The notes beneath the pieces were generated by a model. It worked only from the letters and a program-made list of their open reading frames with translations. It did no database searches and was not told where the DNA came from. Shown one piece after another: positions 48,765 to 58,588 of a stretch of DNA of 64,000 nt. The stretch comes from Methanobacteriota archaeon (GTDB lineage Archaea > Thermoplasmatota > E2 > DHVEG-1), in NCBI GenBank assembly GCA_963769885.1, contig CAVYNH010000006.1, positions 480,001 through 544,000 of the forward strand. The letters run 5' to 3'. The stretch's first letter is position 1, and every line of letters begins with the position of its first letter. The position numbers and the translations under genes are program-made.

Positions 48765-50303
48765 ATGATAAAGAAGAAAAATCATTTTTATTTCTTATTT
48801 ACTTTGTTGATAATTTTTTTTCAATTTGAAATAATAAATTTTTCTTATGCAATAAATATTGAAAAAAATCAACAATGGCCTATGTTTCATTATAATATAC
48901 AACGAACTGGAAGATGCTCTTTCGGTGTAAACCCACAAAATAGTACTCCTATTGTTAAATGGAAATATTTCACAACAAATATGGGATCTCTATCATCGCC
49001 TGCAATAGATGACAATGGTATACTCTATATTGGAACCTATGATTTACACAAGAGCTTTTTTGCCATAAATAAAAATGGGACAGAAAAATGGCATTTTGAT
49101 GCTGGTGACCTAGTTCGATCTTCCCCAGCTATCGGATCTGATGGAACAATTTATTTCGGTGCAGATAACGGTAATCTCTACGCTCTCTTACCAAATGGCA
49201 CTTTAAAATGGTGTATCAATCTTGGACTCGGATGGGTTATATCTTCACCGGTAATCGATAGCAATGGAGTTATATACGCAGCCTCGACAGCAAGCAGCAT
49301 GTTTTATGCTATATACCCTAATGGAACTTTAAAATGGTCCTTTCAAACGAATGACTGGATTTACTCATCACCTGCAATATCTGAAGATGGAACGATTTAT
49401 TTTGGTGCGAACGATCATTATCTCTACGCCATTTCACCTAATGGCTCGATGAAATGGAGATATAGTGCAGGACAGGAAATTCAATCCACCCCAAGTATTG
49501 ACTCTGCAGGTAATATTTACTTTGGTTCCTGGGATGATAACCTCTACGCTCTTTATCCTAATGGCACATTAAAATGGAAGATAAATGCAGGTGGCACCAT
49601 CGACGATTCATCCCCGGCAATTTCTGAGAACGGGACAATCTACATTGGTACGCTGAAAGGAGATATCCTAAGCGTTAGTCCAGGGGGGCATCTCAATTGG
49701 AGATATAGGACAGGGGACGAGATTTATTCATCACCAGCCATCGACCGCTATGGCATCATCTATTGTGGTTCATGCGATGGATATCTTTATGCATGCAATC
49801 CCAATGGAACGCTTCATTGGAGATTCAATCTAGGGTATCCAGTTATGTCCTCACCGGCTATTGACGAAAACGGAACCACTTATATCGCATGTTGGGGGCC
49901 ATATATATACGCCTTGTCCATCATTTACGATAATCATCCTTCTAAGCCTTCTATCAACGGTCAAGTAAACGGAAAAATAAACTATCCATATAACTATACT
50001 ATTGTCTCAACTGATATTGACAACGATAACATCTCCTACTACGTCAACTGGGGCGACGGCACCACCACCAACTGGACCACCCCCACCCACTCAAGCCAAC
50101 AGGTCATCCTATCGCACACCTGGCAGAAACGAGGCTCGTACACTATCAAGACAAAGGCCCAGGACGAACACGGCATGGAAAGCGACTGGGCCACCCTCAC
50201 CGTGAAGATGCCGTACCAGCCACCAAACTTCCCAATCTTACACTGGCTTTTGGACCGGTTCCCCAATGCCTTCCCCCTGCTTCACAGACTCTTCGGGTAT
50301 TAG
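48765..50303 (+). CDS. Secreted PQQ-like beta-propeller plus PKD protein with amphipathic tail
   Basis: WPMF; repeated SSPAI..DGTIYFG...LYA..PNGTLKW; WGDG; tail FPILHWLLDRFPNAFPLL. Confidence 0.9.
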   Translation: MIKKKNHFYFLFTLLIIFFQFEIINFSYAINIEKNQQWPMFHYNIQRTGRCSFGVNPQNSTPIVKWKYFTTNMGSLSSPAIDDNGILYIGTYDLHKSFFAINKNGTEKWHFDAGDLVRSSPAIGSDGTIYFGADNGNLYALLPNGTLKWCINLGLGWVISSPVIDSNGVIYAASTASSMFYAIYPNGTLKWSFQTNDWIYSSPAISEDGTIYFGANDHYLYAISPNGSMKWRYSAGQEIQSTPSIDSAGNIYFGSWDDNLYALYPNGTLKWKINAGGTIDDSSPAISENGTIYIGTLKGDILSVSPGGHLNWRYRTGDEIYSSPAIDRYGIIYCGSCDGYLYACNPNGTLHWRFNLGYPVMSSPAIDENGTTYIACWGPYIYALSIIYDNHPSKPSINGQVNGKINYPYNYTIVSTDIDNDNISYYVNWGDGTTTNWTTPTHSSQQVILSHTWQKRGSYTIKTKAQDEHGMESDWATLTVKMPYQPPNFPILHWLLDRFPNAFPLLHRLFGY

Positions 50304-50421
50304 GCTCTCATTTATCAAGTAAGAAACGGAGACATGATACCTTATCCTTTTCCTCTTTTTCCTCATTCAAATACTTGCACTGCTTAAAGGTTTATATGCG
50401 TTCGGTGAATTCATCCAATCC

Positions 50422-51402
50422 GTGCGAGAGACGAGCGAAAGAACGGTGGCGTCACGGCTGTTCGCCCATTTGGAGACGATGCGGCCGTACACCCTGTTCT
50501 GGTGCGGGCTGGTCAGCCTCGCCGGTGCCGTCCTCGCCTCACAAACCTTGCCTTCGAAGTGGCTGTTGATTTTTATTGTCCCAATCCTCGGCTGGATCGC
50601 CGGCCTCTACCTCGCGGACTACTCCGACCGGAATCTGGATCGGGTCCAGAAACCGCACCGGCCCATCCCCTCCGGGCGCATCACCCCACGGGAGGCTCTC
50701 AGCGTGGGCGCGGTCTTCGCCGTTCTCGGTCTCATCCTGACCTTCCTGCTCAGCCTGGTGAACGTCCTACTGACGTTCCTCGCCGCAGCCCTCGTCTACC
50801 TTTACGCTCACTATGCCAAACCGCGCGGACTCTGGGGGAACTTGACGAGAGGCACGTTGACCATGACGACGTTCTTCTTCGGCGTCGCCGCTGTCCTGCC
50901 ACTCACATCGCTGTCTCTTCCATTAGTCTGGTTCGCCGTGGTCTTCTTCATCCATGATACGAACAGCAACATCATCGGCGCCTTGCGGGATGTCAGCGGC
51001 GACCGGGCCGCCGGCTGCCAGACCACGCCAGTCCGGTACGGCATGCGTATAGCGCTCCTCATTTCCCTGGCGTTGTCCCTGCTGTATTTGAGCCTGGCCG
51101 TCATCCTCGTCCTCATCGCGTCTCCCCTTCCCCACTTCACACTGTTCCTTCTCATCCTCGCCACAGGAATCGTTCTCCTAGGAATCATGTATGCTCTTCT
51201 TTTCCGGTCCATCCAAGTATCGTCTCAGCTTCGGATGCTGCATGCGCATGAGCTCTTCGTCGCCGAACGTATCCTGTTCGCCTCCGCCTTCATCTTCGGC
51301 ATCTTAAACGTCAGCTCCTTCACTCTCACTCTGGTGCTTAGCGCACTACTCCTCACCCTCCTCTCTCAGCACCTCCTCCGCCGTCGGTACGAGCTCACCT
51401 GA
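50422..51402 (+). CDS. UbiA-family prenyltransferase (copy B, DGGGP-synthase-like)
   Basis: MRPY, ADYSDRNLD...PHRPIPSG, LRDVSGD...T.P..YG. Confidence 0.88.
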   Translation: MRETSERTVASRLFAHLETMRPYTLFWCGLVSLAGAVLASQTLPSKWLLIFIVPILGWIAGLYLADYSDRNLDRVQKPHRPIPSGRITPREALSVGAVFAVLGLILTFLLSLVNVLLTFLAAALVYLYAHYAKPRGLWGNLTRGTLTMTTFFFGVAAVLPLTSLSLPLVWFAVVFFIHDTNSNIIGALRDVSGDRAAGCQTTPVRYGMRIALLISLALSLLYLSLAVILVLIASPLPHFTLFLLILATGIVLLGIMYALLFRSIQVSSQLRMLHAHELFVAERILFASAFIFGILNVSSFTLTLVLSALLLTLLSQHLLRRRYELT

Positions 51403-51544
51403 CCAAGGACCTGTTTCTTTTCGAGGAACACTCCATGCTCAACAATATGATTTTTACAAATAAAGAAAAAGGTTACAATTACCTTTAAATAGACAGTGGA
51501 TAGTCTTAAAAGGTTCTATAAAGATTACATAGCGGAGGAAGGCA

Positions 51545-52336
51545 ATGAAGAAGCTGATGGTTGTTGGTATTATTCTATTATTCTGTTTTTCAAGCACACC
51601 TGCATTAGGCATCAGCAAAGAAATTCCATGTAGTAGTGGAAGAGATCCTGTTTGCTACCCTGTTCTTAATGGAACGATAGGCTGGAATGGAGCTTATGTT
51701 AGTCCTGTCCAAGTCTCTTTCTTCTATAATGAAGAGGTAGTGCTTGTTCAGTACAATTTTGGGGGAAATTGGATAAATTACACTGAACCCTTTACCATTT
51801 ACGGGGAAGGTTCAATCGTCTTCATGTTTCAGTACCTTGATGTTTATGGTCACTGGTCTCAAACCTATGTAATGCCACCAATTAAAATTGATTATACTCC
51901 ACCTACGGTCACAGCAGATCTTCGATGTTTAATAAATAAACTCTCGATAACCGCTGACGTTCAAGACAGTGTCAGTGGCATCGCCTATGTTGAGTTTTTC
52001 CTAAATGATGTGTTAATGTTCAACGATTCTGACATGCCGTATCAATGTTTTTTATACCCCTTCCCCAGATTGGACGGCCTCTGTATTCAAATAGTCGTAT
52101 ATGACCGCGCAGGGAACATGAATGAAACCAAGGTTTATTTCTATCACGTTCGGGGGTCCGTTCTTCGTCTTGGACAGACAACAGAATACTATCAATGCTT
52201 CGCCCTTGCATTGAAGATCTCTGACCACTGGCATTACTTTGAAAAAATCGAACTATCCAAGGTCCATTTTGGACGCACTGGTCTATTCTTCTTCAATGGA
52301 TTCTTCTTATTCAAAGAGCCACTTCCTACAAGATAA
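51545..52336 (+). CDS. AT-rich secreted Ig-like protein
   Basis: Signal peptide; NGT.G.NG.Y.S.V; D..SGI..VEF, YDRAGN. Confidence 0.75.
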   Translation: MKKLMVVGIILLFCFSSTPALGISKEIPCSSGRDPVCYPVLNGTIGWNGAYVSPVQVSFFYNEEVVLVQYNFGGNWINYTEPFTIYGEGSIVFMFQYLDVYGHWSQTYVMPPIKIDYTPPTVTADLRCLINKLSITADVQDSVSGIAYVEFFLNDVLMFNDSDMPYQCFLYPFPRLDGLCIQIVVYDRAGNMNETKVYFYHVRGSVLRLGQTTEYYQCFALALKISDHWHYFEKIELSKVHFGRTGLFFFNGFFLFKEPLPTR

Positions 52337-52427
52337 AAAGAAGCGTGTCAATAAGGCTGGAGAAAGTCTTAGAAGGGGAAAAAACCAGTACCTTTAAACC
52401 ACCAGGAGTGTTTTCCCTCCGAGCCGA

Positions 52428-53078
52428 ATGCCCTCCCCCCTGACCAGACTCTTCTCCTTCGCCCAAAAAATGGTCTTCGTCGAACTCGGCAACCGGTTCC
52501 CCAACAAAGAAATCAAACGACTCATGGACTACGGCTTCATCATCTTCGAAAAAATGGGCGTCAAATTCCCCGCCATCGCCCACCTCTACCTCCAATTCTA
52601 CTCAAACGTCGTCCAACAGGAAACCATCCTCGCCAAGATCACCCCCGCCGACCGCGTCCTCGTCATCGGCAGCGGCTCACTCCCCGCCACCCCCATCCTC
52701 ATCACCCGCACCACCGGCGCAACCGTCGTCAGCATCGACCACGACCAGTCCGCCGTCAAAGCCAGCACCCAATTCATCCGCAACATCCACCTCGACCACA
52801 GCCTCTCCATCGCCCACGGCGAAGGCCTCACCTACCCCGTCAAGGACTTCACCGTCGTCTACATCCTCTACGGCGTCAAAAACACCCAAGCCGTCCTCGC
52901 CTCACTCCCCAGCAGAATCTCCGACGGCTGCCGCGTCGTCCTCCGCCTCATGTGCGACCAACACCGAAAAATCATCGGCGACCTCGACATCACCAGCTAC
53001 TTCACCATCAAAAACCAGGTCCATACCACCGCACTCGGCAGCTTCGAGACCTTCCTCCTCGAAAAGAAACCGACTTAG
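52428..53078 (+). CDS. Nicotianamine-synthase-like class I SAM-dependent enzyme (copy B)
   Basis: FYSNVVQQE, VLVIGSGSLPATPI, SID.D, GEG..YP, VVLR. Confidence 0.7.
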   Translation: MPSPLTRLFSFAQKMVFVELGNRFPNKEIKRLMDYGFIIFEKMGVKFPAIAHLYLQFYSNVVQQETILAKITPADRVLVIGSGSLPATPILITRTTGATVVSIDHDQSAVKASTQFIRNIHLDHSLSIAHGEGLTYPVKDFTVVYILYGVKNTQAVLASLPSRISDGCRVVLRLMCDQHRKIIGDLDITSYFTIKNQVHTTALGSFETFLLEKKPT

Positions 53079-54394
53079 AACCCGAAATCCTTCTTATAAT
53101 ACCGCCGGAACGTGTAGTTCGTCCCCGCCGGCAACACCCCCGCGAACTTCTTCGTCCGCCACATCACCCGCACAAACCGCGACACCACATCCGGCATCGA
53201 ATAAAACTCCCTGGCGACCCGCCGCGCCCCGTCGAACAACTCCTCAGGCGACATCAGCTTGGGCTGGAACACCACCTCAACCTGATTATACCGCGACCAG
53301 TCCCGCGTCAAAATACGGCCCTCACGCTCCAGACGATCAAACAACGGCGTCCCCGGATACGGCGTCAAGATATTCACCTCCACCGCATCCAACTCCCACT
53401 CATACATCTTCTGCAGCGTCGCATCAAAGATATCCGGCGCATCCTCATCAAACCCAAAAATAATCCCCCCCTGCACCGTCATCCCATGATCATGGATCCG
53501 ATCAATCGTCCTCTTGAAATCCTCAACCTTGTTCACAACCTTCTTGATCCCGTTCAACGCCGCCTGACTCACCGACTCGAACCCCACGAACCACTCCACA
53601 CAGCCGGACCGCCTCGCCAGGTCCAAGAACTCGTCATCCACCTTCCCCAGCACGTTCGCATTCCCATTCCCCGCCCAGCCCTTATGCACCCGCTGACGGA
53701 TCAACTCCTTCATCAACGCCCGCGTGTACGCCGGGCTCACCGTCAGACTCGGATCATGGAACACATAAATCGGGTTCGGCATCGCCTTGATCTCAGCGAC
53801 CACACTCTCCACCGGCCGATGCTTCACCCCATGCTTACAGAAACTCGCAATCGCACAAAACTCACACTTATTCGGACACCCACGCGTCGACTGCACCGCC
53901 CCGATCAGCGGATTCTGCCGAATCAAATCCCGACGCAACGGCGGAATCTTCGCCATGTCAAAATCCGGGCTCGGCCCATAGAACGGCTGCAACTCACCCT
54001 TCGACGCATCCTCGAGGACCTGCGGCCAGGTCAGCTCAGCCTCGCCAAGGACCACGCAATCCGCATGCTCCTTTGCCTCCGCCGGCATCGCGGTCGGATG
54101 GTACCCGCCGAGGACAACCTTTCTGCCTAGCCTACGGAACTCATCAGCCAGGTCGTAGACCCGGGGTGCCGTCATGGTGTAGCAGGTGATCCCCACGAGG
54201 TCAGCCGGCTCATTGAAATCAAGGTCTTCGTAGTTCTCATTAATTATCTTTATCTCATGACACGGCGGGGTGATTGCCGCGAGATGAGGCAGCGTGATGA
54301 CCGGGTACCCGAAAAGTATCGAACTCCACGATCCTTTGTCCGAGTACGTCGTTGCTCCGTGTTCAATCCGCGGGAATACCAGTAAAATCTTCAT
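53075..54394 (-). CDS. Cobalamin-binding radical SAM protein
   Basis: N-terminal B12 domain (VVLGGYHPT, GEAE); RGCPNKCEFC; GFES; TPYPGT. Confidence 0.92.
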   Translation of the reverse strand: MKILLVFPRIEHGATTYSDKGSWSSILFGYPVITLPHLAAITPPCHEIKIINENYEDLDFNEPADLVGITCYTMTAPRVYDLADEFRRLGRKVVLGGYHPTAMPAEAKEHADCVVLGEAELTWPQVLEDASKGELQPFYGPSPDFDMAKIPPLRRDLIRQNPLIGAVQSTRGCPNKCEFCAIASFCKHGVKHRPVESVVAEIKAMPNPIYVFHDPSLTVSPAYTRALMKELIRQRVHKGWAGNGNANVLGKVDDEFLDLARRSGCVEWFVGFESVSQAALNGIKKVVNKVEDFKRTIDRIHDHGMTVQGGIIFGFDEDAPDIFDATLQKMYEWELDAVEVNILTPYPGTPLFDRLEREGRILTRDWSRYNQVEVVFQPKLMSPEELFDGARRVAREFYSMPDVVSRFVRVMWRTKKFAGVLPAGTNYTFRRYYKKDFGF

Positions 54395-54481
54395 GAGCCA
54401 CCTGCATATGCTACGTCTCCGTATTTAACGTTTCTTTAGATGCCAGGGGAGGCATGGGCATCCGCTCGCTCTGTGGATTTT

Positions 54482-56620
54482 TTATGGGATGCTTCTCGGT
54501 CCTTTCCCTTTGTACACTGCTTCCGCGAAGTTGATTTGGCGCATGCGCGGCTGTGAAGCGACTTCTTCGAAGTAATGGGCGGAGAGGCCAGCTATCCTCC
54601 CGTAGATGAAGAACGCCTTTGCCATCGCAGGCTCGAGGTTCATATCTGCCACGATTGCTCCGATCACCCCGTCGACGTTAATCGGGAGGCTCATCCCTCT
54701 CACCTGCTCAAAGACCGTGCTCACTATCTTTGAGAGCTGTACATGTTTGCCAGCGATGCCGGTCTGAGCGGCAAGCGCCCATAGCACGTCGCGGCGCGGG
54801 TCTTTGGTATGCAGTCGATGCCCGAGGCCTTCGATGCGTTTTCCTTCTTCGACGTAGGCCCTCATGATCTCCCTGGTGGCCTGCGCGACGTCGATGTTCT
54901 CCTTCTCCGACTTTCTGATGCATTCATTGAAGAGCGCTGCCGCCTTCGCGCCAGCGCCGCCATGAACATCGGTGATCGCGCCGACGCCTTGAGCCACGGC
55001 GACCTCGAAGGGCGCCCTCGTGGATGCCGCGATGAGCGTCGCTTGGGCAGACGGCGGGGTCACCCCATGGTCGACGCAGGCGACAATCATCGCCTCGATC
55101 ATCCGGGAATGGTGTTCATTCACCGTTGTATTGCCCGTCACCGCGTGATAGATAACATGGGAGAACGGTTCGTCCCCGTGAAGGTTCTCCACCGCGTTTT
55201 CCGTGCCTAATACCCCGCTGAGGTATCGGGCGACCCGGCCGAGGCAGAACACGGTTTTTTTCACCGCTCCCTCGGTGCCCCCCTCGGGATACTGTGCAAG
55301 CTCCTCGTCAAGGACGAAGTATTTGACCAGTGTCTTTGAGATATCCTCGTTCTTCATGCGGGTGACTTTCGGGATGGGCCGTTTTGCGGCATCAACCGCG
55401 ATATTCCGCATCTCCTCAAGTGTTTTTTTCTCAGGGAACTCTCCTTTGACGAGGAGGTAGGCAGTCTCAAGAACACTCTTTTTCTCCACGATGTCCTGCA
55501 ATGAATACCCGGAGATCACCAGGTTATTGGGCATGACCTTGGTGATGAGCGTCCCCCAGCCGGGTTTCTTGGAGGGGGCATCCCAGATCGTCTTCATCTT
55601 CTTGTAGTAATGCTCCACGTCGAAGTAGGTTTTATTCGCAAGTCTCCGCTGCACCTCGGTGATGAGGTCGTACTGGCTGTTCACCACGGGGACGCCGGCG
55701 TCTTCCAACGCGGTTTTCTTCGACTGGAACGTCCCGTAGACCTGCCCGGGGGAGACGATCGCGCCCGCATGACCCATGGTTTTCCCCTCGGGGGCGTGCG
55801 CCCCGGAGATCAACGCGACGAGCGGCTTTGGGTATTTCTTCGGGTTTTTCTTCATGTCCTCTGCGAGGAGCTCTTCTTGGCATCCGCCGATTTCCCCAGC
55901 GACGACGACGAGGTCGGTGTTCTTGTAGGCCATGGCGAGTGGGACAAGGTCGCGGAACGTCGAGCCGATCGCACCGTCCCCGCCGACGCCGATGACCGCG
56001 TTCTGTGCGATGCCGACGCTTGCCAACGCATCTGAGAGATGGTACAGGATGGCGCCGCTGCGAGAGATGATAGTGACCCCTTTCGGCCCAAACGCCTCTG
56101 GGGAGACTTCCTCCGGGTAGAACACGTCCGGGAGCATCCCTGCCTTGATTCCCTCAGGAGGGAAGATGACGCCGGGGGTGTTCCCGCCGATGAGCACGGT
56201 GTTGTGCTTCCGTGCTGCGACGAGGATGTCACGGACGTCTTTCAACGGAATCCCTTCGCTGATGAGGATGACGACGGGGATGCCTGCGTCGATGACGTCG
56301 ATGGTCGCATCCTTCGCGGTGGAATAATGCCGCCAGATGCTCGCGACCGCGATGCCGGGATGTTCTTTGATGCATTCGCCGATGGTATCGTACACCGGGA
56401 TCGTCTCAAGAAGCCGTGTGCCTCCACGGCCGGGGGCGATCCCTGCCGTGATGGTCGTCCCGTACTGCTGCATGAGCTCCGCGTGTCGCGTCCCTTGTCT
56501 TCCAAGGCCGACGACCACGGTTTCGATGATCCCGGTTTTTTTTATTTTTTTCGCAAGGTCTGGTCGTTTACTCTCGATGATGTAGAAGAGCATTCCTTGG
56601 TCGGGGGGAACGAGTCTCAT
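54482..56620 (-). CDS. SucD-like CoA-ligase alpha subunit fused to citryl-CoA-lyase/citrate-synthase domain (AclA-like architecture)
   Basis: GGNTPG, SRSG, GEIGG, MGHAGA; then DHG..PPS, HGGAG, GLGHR.H..DPR, NVDG; ATGA overlap with the beta gene. Confidence 0.85.
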   Translation of the reverse strand: MRLVPPDQGMLFYIIESKRPDLAKKIKKTGIIETVVVGLGRQGTRHAELMQQYGTTITAGIAPGRGGTRLLETIPVYDTIGECIKEHPGIAVASIWRHYSTAKDATIDVIDAGIPVVILISEGIPLKDVRDILVAARKHNTVLIGGNTPGVIFPPEGIKAGMLPDVFYPEEVSPEAFGPKGVTIISRSGAILYHLSDALASVGIAQNAVIGVGGDGAIGSTFRDLVPLAMAYKNTDLVVVAGEIGGCQEELLAEDMKKNPKKYPKPLVALISGAHAPEGKTMGHAGAIVSPGQVYGTFQSKKTALEDAGVPVVNSQYDLITEVQRRLANKTYFDVEHYYKKMKTIWDAPSKKPGWGTLITKVMPNNLVISGYSLQDIVEKKSVLETAYLLVKGEFPEKKTLEEMRNIAVDAAKRPIPKVTRMKNEDISKTLVKYFVLDEELAQYPEGGTEGAVKKTVFCLGRVARYLSGVLGTENAVENLHGDEPFSHVIYHAVTGNTTVNEHHSRMIEAMIVACVDHGVTPPSAQATLIAASTRAPFEVAVAQGVGAITDVHGGAGAKAAALFNECIRKSEKENIDVAQATREIMRAYVEEGKRIEGLGHRLHTKDPRRDVLWALAAQTGIAGKHVQLSKIVSTVFEQVRGMSLPINVDGVIGAIVADMNLEPAMAKAFFIYGRIAGLSAHYFEEVASQPRMRQINFAEAVYKGKGPRSIP

Positions 56621-57900
56621 GGTTTCCACCCCTTGGATTCGAACGCTTTTTGGATGCCCTCGCGGATCACATCTGCCATGATCCGCTGGTTTCCTACGTA
56701 AATAGTGACCTGTTGTAATGCCTCTGGATACTCTGCTTTTGCTCGTTCGAGGAATGTCCGTGCGCTGGGGAGGTCGGTGCCGACCATCCTGCCGAAGATC
56801 GGGACCATTCGCCTTCCGCTCTCGTAGCGTTCTTTGACTGCTTGCACCATACCGCGGATGAAGATGTCGCAGCTGGAGATGCCGCCGAACCGCGAGGTCA
56901 CGATCAGGTCGACAACCGGGTAGTCCATGAGGAGGTGGAACATCTCGGCGACCCGGTTCTGCGGGGGGCCTCCGCCGCTGTCCATGAAATTCACGGGGAC
57001 GACCCGGTCATGGAAGAAGCGGCTTCCTATCGTGGCGACCTCGTCGATGGAGAAGATCCCGTAGCCTGCGCCGCCGGGGATGAGGCCGACGTAGAGTTTT
57101 TCCGGGTCTTTCGTAAAAGGCTGTGGCAGGAGATCGATGTACGGGAACCCGGCGGACTGCGCGCGCAGCTCGTTCTTGGTTCGTTCCGCTACATCATGTC
57201 GTTTTTCGGTGATGCCGAGCAGTTCAAGGAGCTCGACTTGTCTGAAGAGCGCGTTGTCGTCGAGGACGAGTTTTGCGTCTGCGGCGACAACACCTGTCGG
57301 TGTGATGATCAGTGGATTGATCTCGCAGAGTCTGGCGTCGAATCGCTGATAGGTCGCGTACACCTTCGTAATGATTTCAGCAAGGGTGCTCGTCATCTCT
57401 TTTTTACTCCCGAGTTGCGCGGCGAGGGACGCAGCGAGGTCATGGGTTAGATTTTTGGATAGTTCCTTGGCGTTATCCGGTATTTCCCTCTTGATGATCG
57501 CTTCTGGCCTCTCCGCTGCCACCTGTTCGATGTCAACGCCTCCTGAGGCACTGACGATGACGACGTTGTTGAATGTCGTCGGGTCCATGGTGATGCCAAT
57601 GTAGCACGCCCCGATTTCCTGGACTGCTGCTTCAATAAGAATGCATTCCACGGGGAATCCTTTGATGGTGAGTGTGAACAACTCCGTCGCGATTCTTTTT
57701 GCTTCCTCCCTGTTTTTCGCTTTCTTGATGCCGCCTGCTTTGCCTCTGCCGCCGACCAGTACCATGGACTTCAGCATCACCGGGAATTCCATTGGTAACG
57801 GATCGAGCTCTGTGGGAGAACGAATCACGCCGTACTGGTTCGGGGTGGGGATTCCCATGTTCTGGAATACTTTCTTCGCCTCGTACTGGTACAGCCTCAT
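56617..57900 (-). CDS. SucC/AclB-like ATP-grasp CoA-ligase beta subunit
   Basis: L.QYEAK, GGRGKAGGI, GGVDIE, EINPL, DDNALFRQ, GGAG, NF.D.GGG. Confidence 0.88.
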   Translation of the reverse strand: MRLYQYEAKKVFQNMGIPTPNQYGVIRSPTELDPLPMEFPVMLKSMVLVGGRGKAGGIKKAKNREEAKRIATELFTLTIKGFPVECILIEAAVQEIGACYIGITMDPTTFNNVVIVSASGGVDIEQVAAERPEAIIKREIPDNAKELSKNLTHDLAASLAAQLGSKKEMTSTLAEIITKVYATYQRFDARLCEINPLIITPTGVVAADAKLVLDDNALFRQVELLELLGITEKRHDVAERTKNELRAQSAGFPYIDLLPQPFTKDPEKLYVGLIPGGAGYGIFSIDEVATIGSRFFHDRVVPVNFMDSGGGPPQNRVAEMFHLLMDYPVVDLIVTSRFGGISSCDIFIRGMVQAVKERYESGRRMVPIFGRMVGTDLPSARTFLERAKAEYPEALQQVTIYVGNQRIMADVIREGIQKAFESKGWKP

Positions 57901-58433
57901 TTCTTCTGATCTCCTTTCGTCTGCATCGTCTTCTTGATCTCAAAATCGATGAAATCGCAATGATGCACGATGATTGCCTCCGGCGTCCGGTTCATCGCGT
58001 CACCCTCGTGTGAGTGTGCGGCGATGATGTGGACGACCTCGGGGGGGAGCCCGGCTGCTTGGGCGAGGGACGCCCCGATCGCGGGATGGCGTTGGGTCTG
58101 ACCGGAGCGCTTCTCGACCTTCCCGTTGACCATCTCGTACTCGAGGAGTTTGCCGACGTCGTGAAGGAGGGCGCCGGCGATGAGGTAGTCGGTGTTGAGC
58201 TGCTCTTCCCTGGCGCTGGCGGCGGCCCAGACGAGCTTGGTGATGCGTCTGGTGTGGTCGACAAGGCGGCCGGAGTCGGGAAAAATGAGGGTGAAGGGGA
58301 CGTCGTCGAAGCTGGTCCATTTGCCTTGGTCTTTGGCGGTGGTCCAGACCTGTTGGACTTTCTGGCCGAGTCCTTTGTTGTGGATGAGGTTGAGCTCTGG
58401 GAACATGGTTTCGAGGTTTTCATGGGGTGTCAT
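57897..58433 (-). CDS. HD-domain (HDIG) metal-dependent phosphohydrolase
   Basis: H...GALLHDVGK...H...AHS...HHCD; ATGA overlap with the beta gene. Confidence 0.88.
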   Translation of the reverse strand: MTPHENLETMFPELNLIHNKGLGQKVQQVWTTAKDQGKWTSFDDVPFTLIFPDSGRLVDHTRRITKLVWAAASAREEQLNTDYLIAGALLHDVGKLLEYEMVNGKVEKRSGQTQRHPAIGASLAQAAGLPPEVVHIIAAHSHEGDAMNRTPEAIIVHHCDFIDFEIKKTMQTKGDQKK

Positions 58434-58588
58434 GTTGTTGTTCGCCTCCTTCCGTTTACCGGGGTGGGGTAATTCTCCTTGGATTTATTTAAGCTTGGTT
58501 CGCGGGGTATGGGTAAGGGATGTACAGGAAGTTATTAATAAATAGAAGGGGGAAGTCTTCTGTAACAGTTTGGTGAGAATTGAGATCT

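Noticed and set aside
54482-57900. Proof of reverse-TCA autotrophy
   Set aside because: No other rTCA genes in the window and substrate untested; lipid acetyl-CoA supply or citrate catabolism fit equally.
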